Shown in pieces: positions 26,451-40,635 of a stretch of 64,000 bases of DNA. Within the stretch, counting starts at the first letter, position 1; every line of letters starts with the position of its first letter. The notes beneath the pieces are model-generated. The model had not been told where the DNA came from and did no database searches. It saw nothing but the letters and a program-made list of their open reading frames with translations. A program made the position numbers and the translations under genes. This DNA is from Lingula anatina (taxonomy: Eukaryota > Animalia > Brachiopoda): NCBI GenBank assembly GCA_051362555.1, contig CM120640.1, positions 59,312,788-59,376,787 of the forward strand. Direction: 5' to 3'.

Positions 26451-29400
26451 GCAGTTCCAAACAACGACGCTTGTAGTTTGACAATATTCTACGGCCACGA
26501 CCCGCTAAACCATTTTTTTTCACACAAACCACAACCTGCACCAACAACTTTCTGTTTTGCAGCGATATCGTGTTTCCACGCCATTAATTATGTATTGATT
26601 TCCACAGCTGTTATGTTGTTGACTTAATTATGGAATAATGAAAAGATACAATGTATGAATGAATGACTTGTTTTAGCTGGTTGCATTACTATAGATAGTT
26701 AGGAGGCATAACTTTGTATGTGAATGATAATGTGACCTGAATTATTGCTACAAGTGCATGTACGAATCAGAGAGGCTTGATAACAGCGACTTGTTCTTTT
26801 AAATTGATAATTGACAGTCAAACAAGTTGAAATATCATGCACAAATTTCAACTTTTTGGCTAATGGTTTTGGCATGATTCCGCCCACACTACCGGTGTGC
26901 CACAGACGCAAGAAAAGATGAGAATGACACAAAATTTGAAATTGACATCCTTTTCATAAATGTCACCACGGTAATAAATGCACGCATAAGTGGCAATCGT
27001 TCCCATACTACTTAACTAAACTGTGTTTGTGCAGACTGTCAACTTCGTAACGTTCAATTACTGATAGGCTCAGAGGAAAAGCTCTTTAAATGCATGCTAT
27101 CAGCCCTTATATACGATTTGTTAGTTCACAGTTTATTTTGGTAGAAATACATTCAAAGTGACGCACACCCTCTGAAATTCCTGAAAAATGATTGAAGATG
27201 TAGAAAGATATCCCTGTGATTTCGCGAATGCCCTGAATGTATTGACATTTTCAACTTCAAGAATGGCTATGGCGAATAAAGATGAAGCATTAAGATTTTC
27301 CTCGATGTGATAAGGCGCCCCATGTTAACACCTTCTAACAGTGACTCCGGCTGCTTTCACGCCTCTCATCATGGGGTCTCACTTTTAAAGACCCCATGAT
27401 AAATAGCAAACTTCAGAGGTTTCCAGAATCTATTTATACATTCGTGTCTGTTACTTTTCAAAAGCACTTAAAAACGGGACATATCACCTTGTTTACTACG
27501 GATAACAACCGAAACCGGACTTTGTATCTCATGGCTTTTTGAGTTTACATAACAAGTTCAGCAGTTGCTCTATTCATTGTGGAATGAAATGAAGGAGAAT
27601 TGTAACAAGTGCTTGTGGTTAACGTCCTTATCAGGTCTATCTTCGCTCTTTTGGTACATGTAGAAAAAGCCTGGTATAATAGCATCTTTTACAGTATGTT
27701 AAAGCTACGCACTAAAAGCGCCGTGCGTACATGGTCATGATTAAACTAAGGCGAGGGAATCTTCATGGCACTTTGGTCAAAAAATATAAATTTTACCTCG
27801 ATATTTTGGAAACAATCCATTATGGAACACAAACATTTTAATCACGGTGAGCATTTTGACTCTGCAAGTGACCGTTTGGTTTACGTGCATCTCTGCAATG
27901 TCATACTTCTTCGCTTTTATTTTCTATATATCATGCACAACTAAAATAGAATTATATCTAATTGTCAATTACACTGTATTTCTCCAAAAAGCTTCTACCA
28001 GTAGTTTATAGGACTGGCATTTAATCTGAGACGAATATTATGATATTAGTAGAGAAAGCTCTCGGCAAGCATAACACCGCATTTCGTCACTTTTCTTTTA
28101 TTTTTGGCATTGGTTTAATGCGTTCCGATGCTAGGGAATTATCAAAAGCCAAGTCTACAGAAGTCGATGACAGCGTATATGTACATGTACGTGTACGTGT
28201 GTATGACTGCACGCATCATTTACGAACCCTGTTTTCTTGGTTTTCCAGGCGTGCTCGATCAGACTGATTACAGACGCACGAATCAAACATCCTTTAGTCC
28301 CCGATGTCCCTTTTCTTATTAAACCAATTATTTGTGCTCCTGAAATATCAATATATGTCTTTATGCCCTGGGTATTTTATAGCGGCGGGAGTAAGACATG
28401 TCGATATTAATTAGGTAAACCCTCAGCCTTTTCCGAGTTTTGAACTTAGTTACTCTACTTTGTCTGCCGTATGACTAAATAGTGCTGCTAATACTCACCA
28501 AATTCTCCAAGGGTGCCACTGCCTAAAGCTAGAGACAACCATCTCATTTCCCCACAGTTTAAGTATGCCAGCCCTTTTAAAATGATTGCTGTTTCGTTGC
28601 TTTTGGTTTCTTCAAACTGTACGTCACCTATCACATGACCTAGTTTGTAATGAAACTAGTTATAGTTTTCTTTATCACATGCAGCTGAGTTGATCGTGCT
28701 CTGTCAAGGGCGCACTGATAAAGAACAGTGAGGGTTAGGTTACTGACGTGCGTTTATGTTTGCTAATGTGCGTGCACACGTGCGAGTGCTAATGTTAACA
28801 ATTTTCTGTGGCTTTTATTTCGTGTTTGTACAATGTGTCCAGGAATGAGTGGGTAAGCCGGCTTGCTTGTTGCTTGTGAGTTCAAGCGGTGGTTTGCAAG
28901 TTTACAGAATATGTTAAATAACAAACAATATATTTTATATATCAAGCCCTATGATTGCGGTTGGTCGAGGCATTCTACCATTTCTAGAATCTTTTTATAC
29001 CTGCTGGATACAACACTTTCTTCTAAGACCCCATAGGGATTTTGCATCAGAAAAATATTTCTTGGGGTGCGTTCAGGATAGTGATAATCAATACCACTTT
29101 AACACTATAGGAAGACGTTTGATTGCAACACCCACTATGGAACCTTGGGTTTAACAGTAAGAATAATGAAATGAGGAAATTTACATGTTAATTGCACGAT
29201 GACATAAGTTTCCCGGTATAACAGATTTATTTATCTTCTGACGTTAGCATAAAAGCGCTTTTTAAAATGGCCTATGGCGGTTTTAAAGGTACTTTAGTGT
29301 CCATGTATCTTATATGGCCAAGAAAAGTAAAGTGCGTATATCTCACTTTTGCTGAAACTTACTGCTGTCATATTTCACATCACTCAATGGCCTAGTCTGT

Positions 29401-29879
29401 GTTTGCAGTAGGTCATTGCTTAGATGGACAACCTCCCCACAAATGCCATTTCTTAACTCTGTAATAGATTTTTTAAAAAAACCTTTGTATATAGAAACCT
29501 CAGGAGAGAAATGTAAGAAGTTAAATCATTTGTCTGAGAACATCAGATAAATTTTACTCCTAGGGCAGAAATGTTCGATATACATTGCCAGTATTCGGAG
29601 GACGTGCAGAAATTGCCTGAAAGATTAACCTTTAAGCAAAAGATTCAATCATTGAGCGGATCAACCAATCAGGGAACCAGTCATGCAAAAAGTACGTCAC
29701 GTTCATTTAAGATTTACCAAATACGACCGCATTGTGTAATTGTTCTTATTTGTTCAACTTTATTTCATATCCGTTTTCGATTACTGTTCACCGAAGGATT
29801 CCTAATCTTCTCGGTGAAGGCTCTGAATTATTAGGTGCTGCATGGAAAAAGCAATTGTTTGATTCCGCACTATTTTTTT

Positions 29880-29883
<4 letters not shown>

Positions 29884-29923
<40 letters not shown>
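29884..29923. repeat. (TG)n microsatellite
   Basis: Directly visible. Confidence 0.98.
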
Positions 29924-29924
<1 letters not shown>

Positions 29925-32900
29925 CGGACAATTTTTCAATAAGATAGAGGGGACTTTTTCTGACCTTGACCACATTTTACATAAAGCCAGAAATTTGAAC
30001 GCCTTCTAAGAGCATGAATGGCTTCTTGTTGGATATTCTTGGCTACCCCTTGAAACTGCTGTCATAAGTTAGGTATTAATATTTACATTTTCTTCCTTTA
30101 CTGTCTCATTATCCAAATAGCTCTTTCATTTACCTACACACTGAACTAATTTTTTTCCGGCGGCAAAGCTATTGATCAGGGACTTTGATTCAGGCTTTTT
30201 ACACAACGTAATAAGATGCATGTTACATACACATCTATAAGAAATATTTCCTGTGGTAACGAAAGGAACTGAAAAGATTTGTCACTACATTTTTTCAGTA
30301 GCCTTGATTCGACAAGACTTTTTTGTTCAGAGTAAGCTAAAAATGGTGAATGTTGCTCTCAACATTTTATTTGAGTTTTGTGCTTTTTAAAACATCTCTG
30401 CTCTTGTCGCACCCGTTGACCTAATATCACATCTAGACGCCTTTTACGTCAAGGGAAGTTGGAAGGACATTTCAAAGTATTAGAGGTAACCCTAGGCAAA
30501 CCGATTATCAAGAGGTTATATTTACCATAGAAAGTTTCTTGTTAGTGTCCTAAATAAATTTCTGAGTAACATGTAGCATGGCATTGAAAAATTCAGTACA
30601 TGAACACTGCCACGCTTTCTTAGGCACTTAGAATTAATTTTAGGCATTCCACGGACAAAACCAATTTCATGCAGACAAAAAAATAAAAAAAAAAAAGATA
30701 TCGTAATACGTGTGTTCCTCAAAATGCCAACAATACGTCATTTGTAAGATAAAAGGTTCCACATTAGCAGGTAAAAATATTCATCAGTGAAATTTAGTTT
30801 TCAAATAAGGCCTATTTTATTGACAAATACAGATACACCAGCTACAAGGTGTATAGTCGGGGTTTTTGCTACGTGTGACTGCACCAAAAGAACAGCCACG
30901 CTGTGGCATATCCATATGCAAGGTGTAAAGGTTTCACGTTTCCATCTAGCACAACATAGTCGTATACTAATAGTGCATGAAAAATACATGTACACTGGAG
31001 CCTACAAGTTCACACTGCAGTTTCAAAATCATTTTCTCAACAAAACATTGAATTGATTATCTTACCTTTCTTGGTTCCTGACGCGCAACTTACATGTCAG
31101 AGGAATCTTTCTCGTGTTATTGGAAGTCGATAAACCATAAGTTAAAAAAAAGAAGTCTGCTAACCAAGGAGGGTCAACAAATCAGGGATGTGTATGCCAG
31201 CGCTAATACTATGGTTATTTTTATCCTAGGCAGCTAAACTGAGGAGTAAATGATATGCATTTTACAATTCAGTGATTATTTTCACATAAACGAGTGGATT
31301 TATGTTGGACTGAAATAACTGACGTTAAGGTGCGCTGTGTCTGCAAGTTTCAATTGTTTGTCGTCAGTTTGATTATTTGCTTTCTTAAATCAAGTCCGGA
31401 CCAAGTAAAATCTATCCACGTTCTTCCACTAACATTAAAAAAAGCCTGAATGCTAGATTCAAACTTTATGTTATCGAGATTATTTTAAAATCTAGTCTAA
31501 GTCGCGTGAACTTTTAAGTCTTACTGTGACCGATATCCGGAACGCGTAGCAGCCTCGATTGGCCTTTAAAATACTGCGTAGTTAGCCCCAAATATTAAGT
31601 ACACGTTCAAGTCACCTGCTGCTTTTAAAGGAACTTTCAGCCATTAACTATCGATTAAAATGTTCTTCTTAAGGTTAGGATGTAATCAAGTGGATTCGTG
31701 AAATATGTAAAAGCTGCACAAAACAGGCAATGATGAAAATAATACATTTTCCAAAGCTTTCTTCTAGGTATTTGATCCTAAAATACCTGTTGTTACTGTT
31801 AACGGCGCATTCAAAGAATTTGATTCAAAAGTTTTTAACATTTGGTTACTTTTTTTTGGCATTGACCCTTGTCATACAATATCTGGACTTTAGCTGATGA
31901 CAACATTTCAAGCTTACTATTACAATCACTTAGGGTACGTTTATATTCACCTTAAGTAAAGGCCCTGTCGTTTATCAATTAACCATATATACTAAATATT
32001 AATAATACCAACAGATACAGATATTTTTGTGCTACTTATGGCCTTTAGTTGCTTTAATATAGTTATAAAACCACGCCAGTCAGTTTGTTTGAAAAATATT
32101 TGTTTTATAAAATTGCGTTCAAGTAAAGAATCACTAAGAAGAGGAGACTCTGGACCATTTTGAGATATATAATTTCACATTCATTTACTTGTGATTGCCT
32201 ATTCTTCCCTCTGTTAAGCTGTAGCATAAGGATACCTTAAACCTTGGATCCATTATACATGTATGTTGGGTCCAAGCATAATCAACGGCCACGTGTGACT
32301 ACTTGGACACTGAAATGTCAGTAAGCTTGTACTGAGTTAATGTTTATTTTCCTCTGATAATTGTATCGCGTGAGGCTTCGCAAATATTTTCTTGGAAATC
32401 GCTTGATTTATGTTATTTTTCACGACTCTGAGGTTTCATCAACATCTTTTAAATGCCAGGGTAGAGGCTGGTGTTTGACTGATACTGCATTTTAAGCCCC
32501 AAGCTCTAAATTCACCAAGCATTAAATATCAGTGGACACAAATTGAAATTTATCATACTCTTTGCAACCCCACAAATTGAAATGTGTGCACTATTTGTTT
32601 GGAAATTGGGACCTTCAATAAATGCGGCCGTCATCGGCCAAATTTCGAACATCATGCTTGAGTTTGTTCTATTCTTTTAACTGGCACGTCTTATTACTTA
32701 AATCAGCTAAGATCAAGGAGACAAATACTGCAACCTGGAATCAAAACTACATGCAGCACGGAGTTAAAATATTTGAGCTCAATTACATGTTGTACCTGCA
32801 AACATAATTTATCATTTGGTAAATGCCTTTTTTATCTGAGAAAGGAGCAAATGCAGTATAGCCATTGGTTGACACGCTATTTACTACTTAACGTACGAGT

Positions 32901-35900
32901 TAGAAACATGCAAAGTTGCGAATGATGTTCTGAGCTTTTTATGAAGTTGAAATCGACAGGTAAGGTCCATGTTCCGAATCTGCCACATAAAGCTTATGAG
33001 CAGCCAAAAAAGATTATGCATATTGCATATTGTATAACAGTGCTGGAATTAAGGAAGAAATCGACTCGGGCACAACTTCTGCTTTAACTCGGGTTCATTT
33101 TATATTTCATTTCATCTCATTCCAGTCGAGATAAAAGAACATTTAAAAGTGCTGTAAGTATTGGTCTGCATAGATGTATGTATATTTTATCAGTTATCAA
33201 TTTCTTAGGCGATTTACTCTGACACTTCTGCTTCCTCCACACCCACACTCCAAGCTAGACCCCAACCCGTCCGTGTCAATAAACGGCACAACTTTGCACC
33301 GGGCCAACTGTTTTTTATGTCCTCTATCCTATGCATTACATAGTGTATGTAGGCAGTTAAACGTTTTGGGTGGTGCACTTTATATATTTGTTTTACAACC
33401 GAGCGGCAAATTCTTAATTCGAGGTTTACGTGCTTCTGTTTTACGCCTGACTTTATTTAGGAAACCAGTATTTTGTTTGATGTGCACGTGCGAGTGAATT
33501 GTTTGCAATTGAAGCGTTATACACATGTAAGAACTTTGTCACAGATGTCATAACCATGTCATGAATCATGCATGTTTACACGTTATGGACTGTTGAAGAA
33601 CACAACATACTTGTGCCTAGTTATTGAAAAACAGCGATCAGTCAGTGATGCTTTAAAGACTCATTTACTCAAACATACTAAAGTGGCAACATAGGTCAAA
33701 TGGGCGCCTTAATGTGTTTCTGTCTCAAAAATGATTTATAAATTAGACACCCGGATTCGTGGAATGTTGCAACATTGACCATTTACGAACATGAACATGC
33801 TGTTTTTAAAGCTGCCAGCTATAATTTATAAATGAATGGATGTGAACGGATTGTGCTGACATGTGCAAATCAATTGTCCTGTATGCTTCAGACTTTAAAA
33901 TAATGCAACAGAACATTACAAGAACTGTAAGGTACGCTTAGCCATGACAGAACCTACAGTTAACGTTCAGACATAGTATGTTATTTAACAATATGCTATA
34001 CTAAAACAGATTTCAACTTAAAATGTTCGACATTGATAAAGCAAACTGACGGCAGATGGTATAATGGAAGCGCATTTGTCAAAATGTGTATTCCACCAAG
34101 TACAACAAACACATCATGAATTACAACCTGGCACACACTGGCACTCTCTGTGTTCAATCACGCCAATGGTGTGAAAACAAACACGTCTGTTTAGAAACTT
34201 TACGTGTCCAGGGAACCAATGGGTTTATGATGTTCGACTATAGTTCGACCTATATTAAGATAAAATTAACTCCATAATGAATATTTGATTTGCGCCTCTA
34301 TTGGTGTTTTGGAATACACTGTCAAAGCAGATCATATCATGTGAAGGCAAAAAACATATGACACATCGAACTTATTGGCATAGGTTATCTTATGTGCACG
34401 CACTTTATATCCACAAAATATTTAACCGCCTTATTTATACAAGACCAGCAAAAAGGTAAAAAATAAACATCACTTGGGTTTAAACATGGGTTTAAGTTCG
34501 TATACAGTTGCTTACATTGAAAAGCACCTTTTCCAGCAGCTATAAGGTAAGAAAAGGACAAGCCCATGTGACGAACAGGAAGTTTAACCCGGCGTTCCAT
34601 TAATCGTAAAATAGGAAAGCACATACGTATTGTTAGTAGGGGTCTGATTTATGTGTTTAACATTAAGGCATCATTAATGATAGTTAAAAGCCGATGAAAA
34701 GGTGTTGAATTAAAAGCCTTTTCACTGTGATTGATTATACTCGTATGGGATAGGTATTTTCAAATGCGATTCTTCAAATAAATGATCACGGGAAAAAGAG
34801 AGATAACACGCATGAGTTGGACCACGGTGTGCAATTTATTAGCTGGCACAACTGACATCCACTGAGTGCTTCACAACCTGGCCGATCTGATCTTCTTGTC
34901 AATTTGACTATAATTTACCTGTAATTTTGCTGGTAATTTGGTACCTGCCACTTCAAACATCACTCAGTTTGGTACTTAACACGAGTTTTAGTACATTCCA
35001 TTTTATTAAGGAGTGTTTGAAAGCACATTAGTTGGTAAGAGGTGATATACACTCCGGTATATACACTCGCTACATGTCTAATCAAGGATTAGTGGTGCTT
35101 TTACAATGTTCCAGAGCCTAAAACTTAAAACGCAACAGCTTAAATAAAAAGCCAACGTCACCCAGCCGTATAGGAAAAGACATGTTACCAATCGACAAAA
35201 ATATTTACGAACAAGCAATGTCAAATACCCAGAAAACAACAAGCTTGATTTGACGTTTTTATAAAATTCACGTTCATCGTTTCACAGTAGTATTCTGGAA
35301 CATATGGTAAATCACTGAATATTTATAGGTAGGTTTTCAAGTCGCAAGTCTAAATTAAATTCTGACATTACGTATTGGGAACCCCATCAACGTATCTTCA
35401 TTTCTTGACAAGCTTTCCTTGTTAGAACAGGAATAGCATTTTAATTGGTATGTCTGGATCAGGTAAACTTCGGTAAACTAGATGTAACCATCCTTATATT
35501 ACCTCTTCATCACTGGGAAAGCAAGAACGTTTGTGACAGTACGACTGGCACACCATGTGTAACAAGACAGCAGGTAATATGCGTAATGATACCCCAGAAA
35601 CAAGTCGGGGCTGTTCGGTGTTCATAATTCTACTCCATGGATAAATTCCCGTACGACCTCACGCCAAATGACCAAACAAACATTTACACTTGCGAAAACA
35701 CGCGTTGGTGAATGTAATTTTGGTTAATCCCATTTTTTTACAGGGATTGTATTATCAAAACGGTGCTTCTCAAGAGATCGCATGCAAATGCAAACGCATG
35801 CAAATAATTCAGTGCTTTTAAACAGTGGAAGGTAGTCCGAGGCCCACTTCGATTTTTTAAAATCCAAGCAAAATTTATAAATTACTTTTATCACCCAAAA

Positions 35901-36502
35901 AAGTCAGTTGTCACCTAGTTCTGTGAACAGATTCAATACCCCTTTCGCACAAAGTTTGCAAACTTTTGGAGAAGGGTTTTGGTCTACTCTTCTAATCGAT
36001 CGCAGCGTATTTCCTTGGGGATGCATGGTTGTGTCCAAAGGATCTTCAAAGTCTCCAAGGTCGTCTCTCTTGTTCTGTGCCACTAGGTCAACTATGGGTT
36101 TCGAGTGTTAAAAACACTCACAACCAGTGACAACCGCAAGAGGTTTTCACGTCACTACATGCAACTCTTTATGATCTGACAGGACAAAATCAGTGTGCTT
36201 TTTCTTCGTTGCGACATACTATAATGGTCGCAGGTATTGTTGTAGAGCAAGTAGATTGTGAACTAATGGAACTGGAACACGCCTTGAAATTATGTGCAAT
36301 AACGTCACATCACTGTACCATGCTGTCTATGAACCAACCAATTTATTCCTTTGGTTTGTATAACACTGTTTTTTATTTTTACTCAAAAGCTGGATCTTAC
36401 ATCTGTGATTTACATGCTACTTCTTGTTCAATCACTTCGCAATGCTTAGTGAAGTTTTTTTTTCAGCAAAACAGAACGCGGAGTTTAGTCCCTCTCATAG
36501 AC

Positions 36503-36725
36503 CCCATTTCCATAGATTTTAGATCGATCTATCCCTGTGGGGAGTCTCACTAGATTACTGTCTGCTTAGCCGGCTTAAGCGTCCTGTCCCGCCTACTGAA
36601 AGCTGTAAGGGGGTAATTAGCTATGGTGCGCGCTCGGCTGACTGCAATTTGGCGTGAACCCCCAGGGAGTAAGGTCGATCTAAATCTTAATCTATGGATC
36701 GATCTAAATCTCTGGGAATACACCC
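36503..36725. mobile_element. MITE with AGATTTAGATCGATC subterminal inverted repeats
   Basis: TTTCCATAGATTTTAGATCGATCTAT at left is the inverse of ATGGATCGATCTAAATCTCTGGGAATA at right; right arm partly duplicated. Confidence 0.7.
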
Positions 36726-37625
36726 ATACAGTGCACTTACAGGTTCTTAACGAATATTGGGTGTGAGAAGTAATTTGGTATTTGAGATGTATCTGACCTT
36801 AGGATTTCCGGGTTAAAACAGTCGGTAACTAAAACACAAGGATTCGTCAGGATTTAGGATTCATCAATATAGCAAAATCAAGGTCTCATCATGGAAAAGA
36901 GATGTGAAAAATATGTTTTTGAACTTTACTTATTTATTTAAATATATAATACATGCTAATTGACTTCAATGTCTAGATCATGGCGAACGTTTGGGGACTT
37001 TTAAGCTGATTATAAATTAATTTAGCATTAATTTACCATGACAGTGGTATATAACCAAGGTAGTATTGCTGAAATAAAATGAAATAGGTATACATGTACC
37101 ATTTGTACACTTGGCCCAGTTCACATTTGTGTACTTTCTGCTCATTCATCCTGTCAGTTTGTTTTAGCTGAGTTATTCAGTGCTGTAGTCTAATTGGTTA
37201 TGGCCAACGTATCAGGACTGGGTGTGTAAATAACACGCTCCAGCTCTTGGTTATACTGTATCTAGTGTGATGTGTTATTCAGACTATAAGATGCACACCC
37301 CTTGTTGGTTTGTCCAATTTATAGATACTCGGAAGTACACATCCTAAATAACATTTGGCGATGGGGAGATGGCATTTGATGAAGTAATGGTAAGTGGTTA
37401 CTCTTAACCTCTCCTCTACATGGGTCAAAACTCATGAATTTAATACGGCTGCATCAAACATAGACTTACCTGAATACAACCAAACGAGAATTGATCATTG
37501 CAGCTATTGAATGATAGCAGGATATCATATCAAGAAAGAAACATTTATTTCCCTGAGTTTAAAGATATCTTATTAAGTGTATCTTGTTTTGCAATACATA
37601 CTTTATAATTTCTACAAATGATGTA

Positions 37626-37931
37626 TCTCCCCCTAGCGAAATATCAGGCCTGTCGCAAACTTTTTTAAATTTGCGGCAAATTAGCAAGAACATGCTTTCT
37701 TGCAAACTTACTGCAAACCTTTATACAAAGAAGGGGTTTCTTGCAAATTTGCAAGAATATAAAGACTTTTTGCAAACTTGCCGCAAACTTAAGATGTTCT
37801 TGCAAATTTGCTGAGCATAAGCGGCAATACACTTTTTTCTTGCAAACTCCCAGAAGCAAACTTTTAGTTTGCAGCGAAATTAACGGTAAATGCAAATTTG
37901 CTGCAAACTTTTCTTTTTGTTAAGGGTGGAG
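37626..37931. mobile_element. Non-autonomous DNA element rich in TTGCAAA/GCAAATTTGC subrepeats
   Basis: TCTCCCCCT...AGGGTGGAGA inverted ends; more than 10 internal (T)GCAAA motifs in both orientations. Confidence 0.65.
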
Positions 37932-38155
37932 AAAAACATGAATGTCTTTACGGGACGTTTTTGCAATTGATTTTACCAAACGAAAACTCAAATACGTGGT
38001 ATTACTTACTTTCGCGGTGACCAAGTACAATAAGCAGTGCAAAATGTTTGTATTCCTTGCAGGACAATAAAACAATTTCTTAATGCCAAATAATGGGTTG
38101 AAAAAAGCACAAAAAAGTTAAGACCGCGCGTTTTTCCATCATGAAACTCATCCAT

Positions 38156-39000
38156 AAAGCTTCGGACCCAGATGGAATATCCTCCAGATTGTTCAAGGGT
38201 TGTGTAGCGCAGTTAACGCAAGTGTTGGCCGATATTTTAACTCTCGACTGAACCGTGCAAAGCAACCGTGTCTTTGCCTAAGACTAAAATTGGACACTTA
38301 AAATGATCTCTGTCCAGTCTCCCCGACACCAGTGTCTGGGAAGACAGTAGAAAAACGTGTTATCTTTTTCCAAAACTTTGGTTTCAAAGAATCTTGAGCC
38401 TCTCCGGTTTGCTTCTCGCATTAATAGAAAAGTAGACAATGCACTCAGAATATATCTACTTGATTAAAAAAAAATTGTTAGAATTGTATTTGTGTCCCAC
38501 AATGCATACTAGCTCACCGCAGCTGTTTTTTCATAATGATGAAGCTAAAGAATACCAAAAGCTGTTTTGTTCAAGTTTTGTTCACTATAGCTGAACGCCA
38601 ATGAATTCAAGTAAACTGCGTTTTTCACCTTTAATGGCTTTTACTTCCAACTAGCTCTACGTGATTGGGTTTAAGATTTTTTCTTTTAAGCAGAAAATAG
38701 TCTGTGAAAGTTGATCTTAACTTTTCAGACACAATCGATGTTAACTGTGGCAACTCTCGGGGTTGCGTAAAATCACCTAGCTTACACGCATATATTTACA
38801 TAAGAATGCGTTGCGAGTGAAGAGAATATATTTTGGTGAAGTTTGTCTATGGTACAACATTAGTCAGTATAATTCATGATAATTATGATCAGTCTAAGAA
38901 CAGGCGATCGTTATCATCTTTAGTGAACTGGCGTACAAGAAATGGTTTGATCTGGAATGTAAGCGAAACAAAAGAGCTAAATAATGGATCAAAACTCCAA
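38156..39000 (+). mobile_element. Decayed LINE reverse transcriptase (Rex-Babar/L2/CR1 group)
   Basis: Translatable remnants KASDPDGISSRLFKGCVAQLTQVLADI, LEPLRFASR, GCVKSP, LVKFVYGTTLVSIIHDN (cf. KFADDTT) and LVNWRTRNGLIWNVSETKEL; many frameshifts and stops. Resumes at ~40664 (MGIQINNSLTWND). Confidence 0.85.
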
Positions 39001-39012
39001 AGCTACCATTAG

Positions 39013-40635
39013 AATAAAGGGAACGGGAGGAGACAGGATTGTGCAGGAAGTGGCGTCTAGTGGTGTAAGACGTGAAGTTGAGTGCCCATTTATAGATGGA
39101 GGTGAACGTAAGTGAAGACGTGAGCTCAGAGAAAAAGCGGTTTTTACAACAACACGGTAAGATTTTTTTTTTCTTTTGGCATTTTGGGCAGAGAATACAT
39201 GTAGCAGTAATAAGTACATTATATAAAAGCGTGTTACGAAACTTATAGGTGGAAAATCGTGCTTAATTTGAAATCAATTTGTTTCGAAATATATGCTGCA
39301 TCAACCGACAGTGCGACAAAGAGCGTCAAGGGAAAAGAATTTCCGTGAGGCTGTATTTTTCATTTTCATTTTCATTTATTTATTACTATGGTCTCTTGAG
39401 GACCATCAGTCTAGTACTGGTACAAATGTTACAACGACTATAGTTACAACAACTATAGGGTTATTACAAAGAATAATTATAATAGTAATAGTCGCAATCA
39501 TATTCATCATAACAATAATAATAGTACATGTAGTAAATTAAATACATGAGTACTTAAATAAATAAACTACTTAAATAAATCAAATTAAATCAAATTGAAT
39601 CAAATGAGATCAAATTGGATCAAATTAGATCAAATTAGATTAGATCTCATGCCGAAGCCTTCCTGCTTGGCTAAGATATCGTGCCAGGTTACATAATACT
39701 TTCTTACTGGAAGAATTCAGCAGGAGAACCAATTTGAACACCGAGGGTCTATTACAGTAGAAAGGTTTGATGAACCTTTTTCTTAAATCTAAATATCTAG
39801 AGCAACCCAGTATAAAGTGGAATTCGTCCTCCACATCATTGCAATAGGAACATTTTCTTTGTGAAATAGGGATTTTACTGTATCAGCCCGTTTCAATTGC
39901 AAGTTTATGGGATGATAATCTTATTTTACTAATCATTTTCTTAAACTGTAAATCGTTGTCATGTGCAATTTTTGCATGAATGTAATCTGATATGCCCATA
40001 TCTTATTATTTTTGGGTGTCTTATGGTGTGTGCTGCACTTATAACGATGTTTTAGAGTCCTTAAAGGACCTTTTAAATACCAGGAAATAGTTCGTAACTC
40101 ACAACTGGATCGCACCGAATCACGATCGCTGTGCAGTGATCTTTTTATAAATCTTGTGACGAGTTTTTAGATGGTTATACAGTACGTCCAGGTGACGAAA
40201 AATTCCACATACCTGTATTATCACAGTAATACACATATTACACCGGGGTACGCAGTAATCAGTGACAAATGCCGTGACAAAGATGACATTCTGACAGCCT
40301 CTTATCTGAGCTAAAAGTCACATGCAATCACTTGCCCCAGGTTGTCAATCAATAGCCTTAAGAAACTGGTCGGGTTGGATCTTATCTACCTGTCAGAAGC
40401 GATTTACAAATGAGTATTGCATGTACCTACCTGTATTATTTCTACAAGTGTTCTCTGCCCAAAATGCCAAAAGAAAAAATGTTATCTTACCGATTTGTTG
40501 GAAAACCGCCTTTTTTCTCTGATCCCATATCTTCACTCCCGTTCACCTCCAGCTAAAAATGACCACTCAGCTTCACGTCTTACACCACTACATGTCACTT
40601 ACGGCGCAATCCTGTCTCCTCTGGTTTCCTTTATT
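39013..40635. mobile_element. Non-autonomous DNA element with ~200-bp diverged TIRs, inserted in the LINE relic
   Basis: 39013-39215 is the reverse complement of ~40432-40635 (e.g. TAGTGGTGTAAGACGTGAAG / CTTCACGTCTTACACCACTA; TTTTGGCATTTTGGGCAGAGAA / TTCTCTGCCCAAAATGCCAAAA). TAAAGG...CCTTTA ends are Kolobok-like. Confidence 0.8.
39355..39933 (-). mobile_element. 5'-truncated LINE: ORF2 C-terminus plus 3'UTR
   Basis: ISKIRLSSHKLAIETG*YSKIPISQRKCSYCNDVEDEFHFILGC (C-x2-C-x7-H-x4-C knuckle), stop at 39640, 10-bp tandem repeats, terminal hairpin ATGGTC...GACCAT, AATAAA and (TGAAAA)n tail. Confidence 0.85.

Noticed and set aside
37626-39645. CRISPR-like appearance of periodic TTGCAAA and TCAAATTAGA repeats
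   Set aside because: No constant repeat with unique spacers, no cas genes, eukaryotic context; explained by transposon subrepeats.
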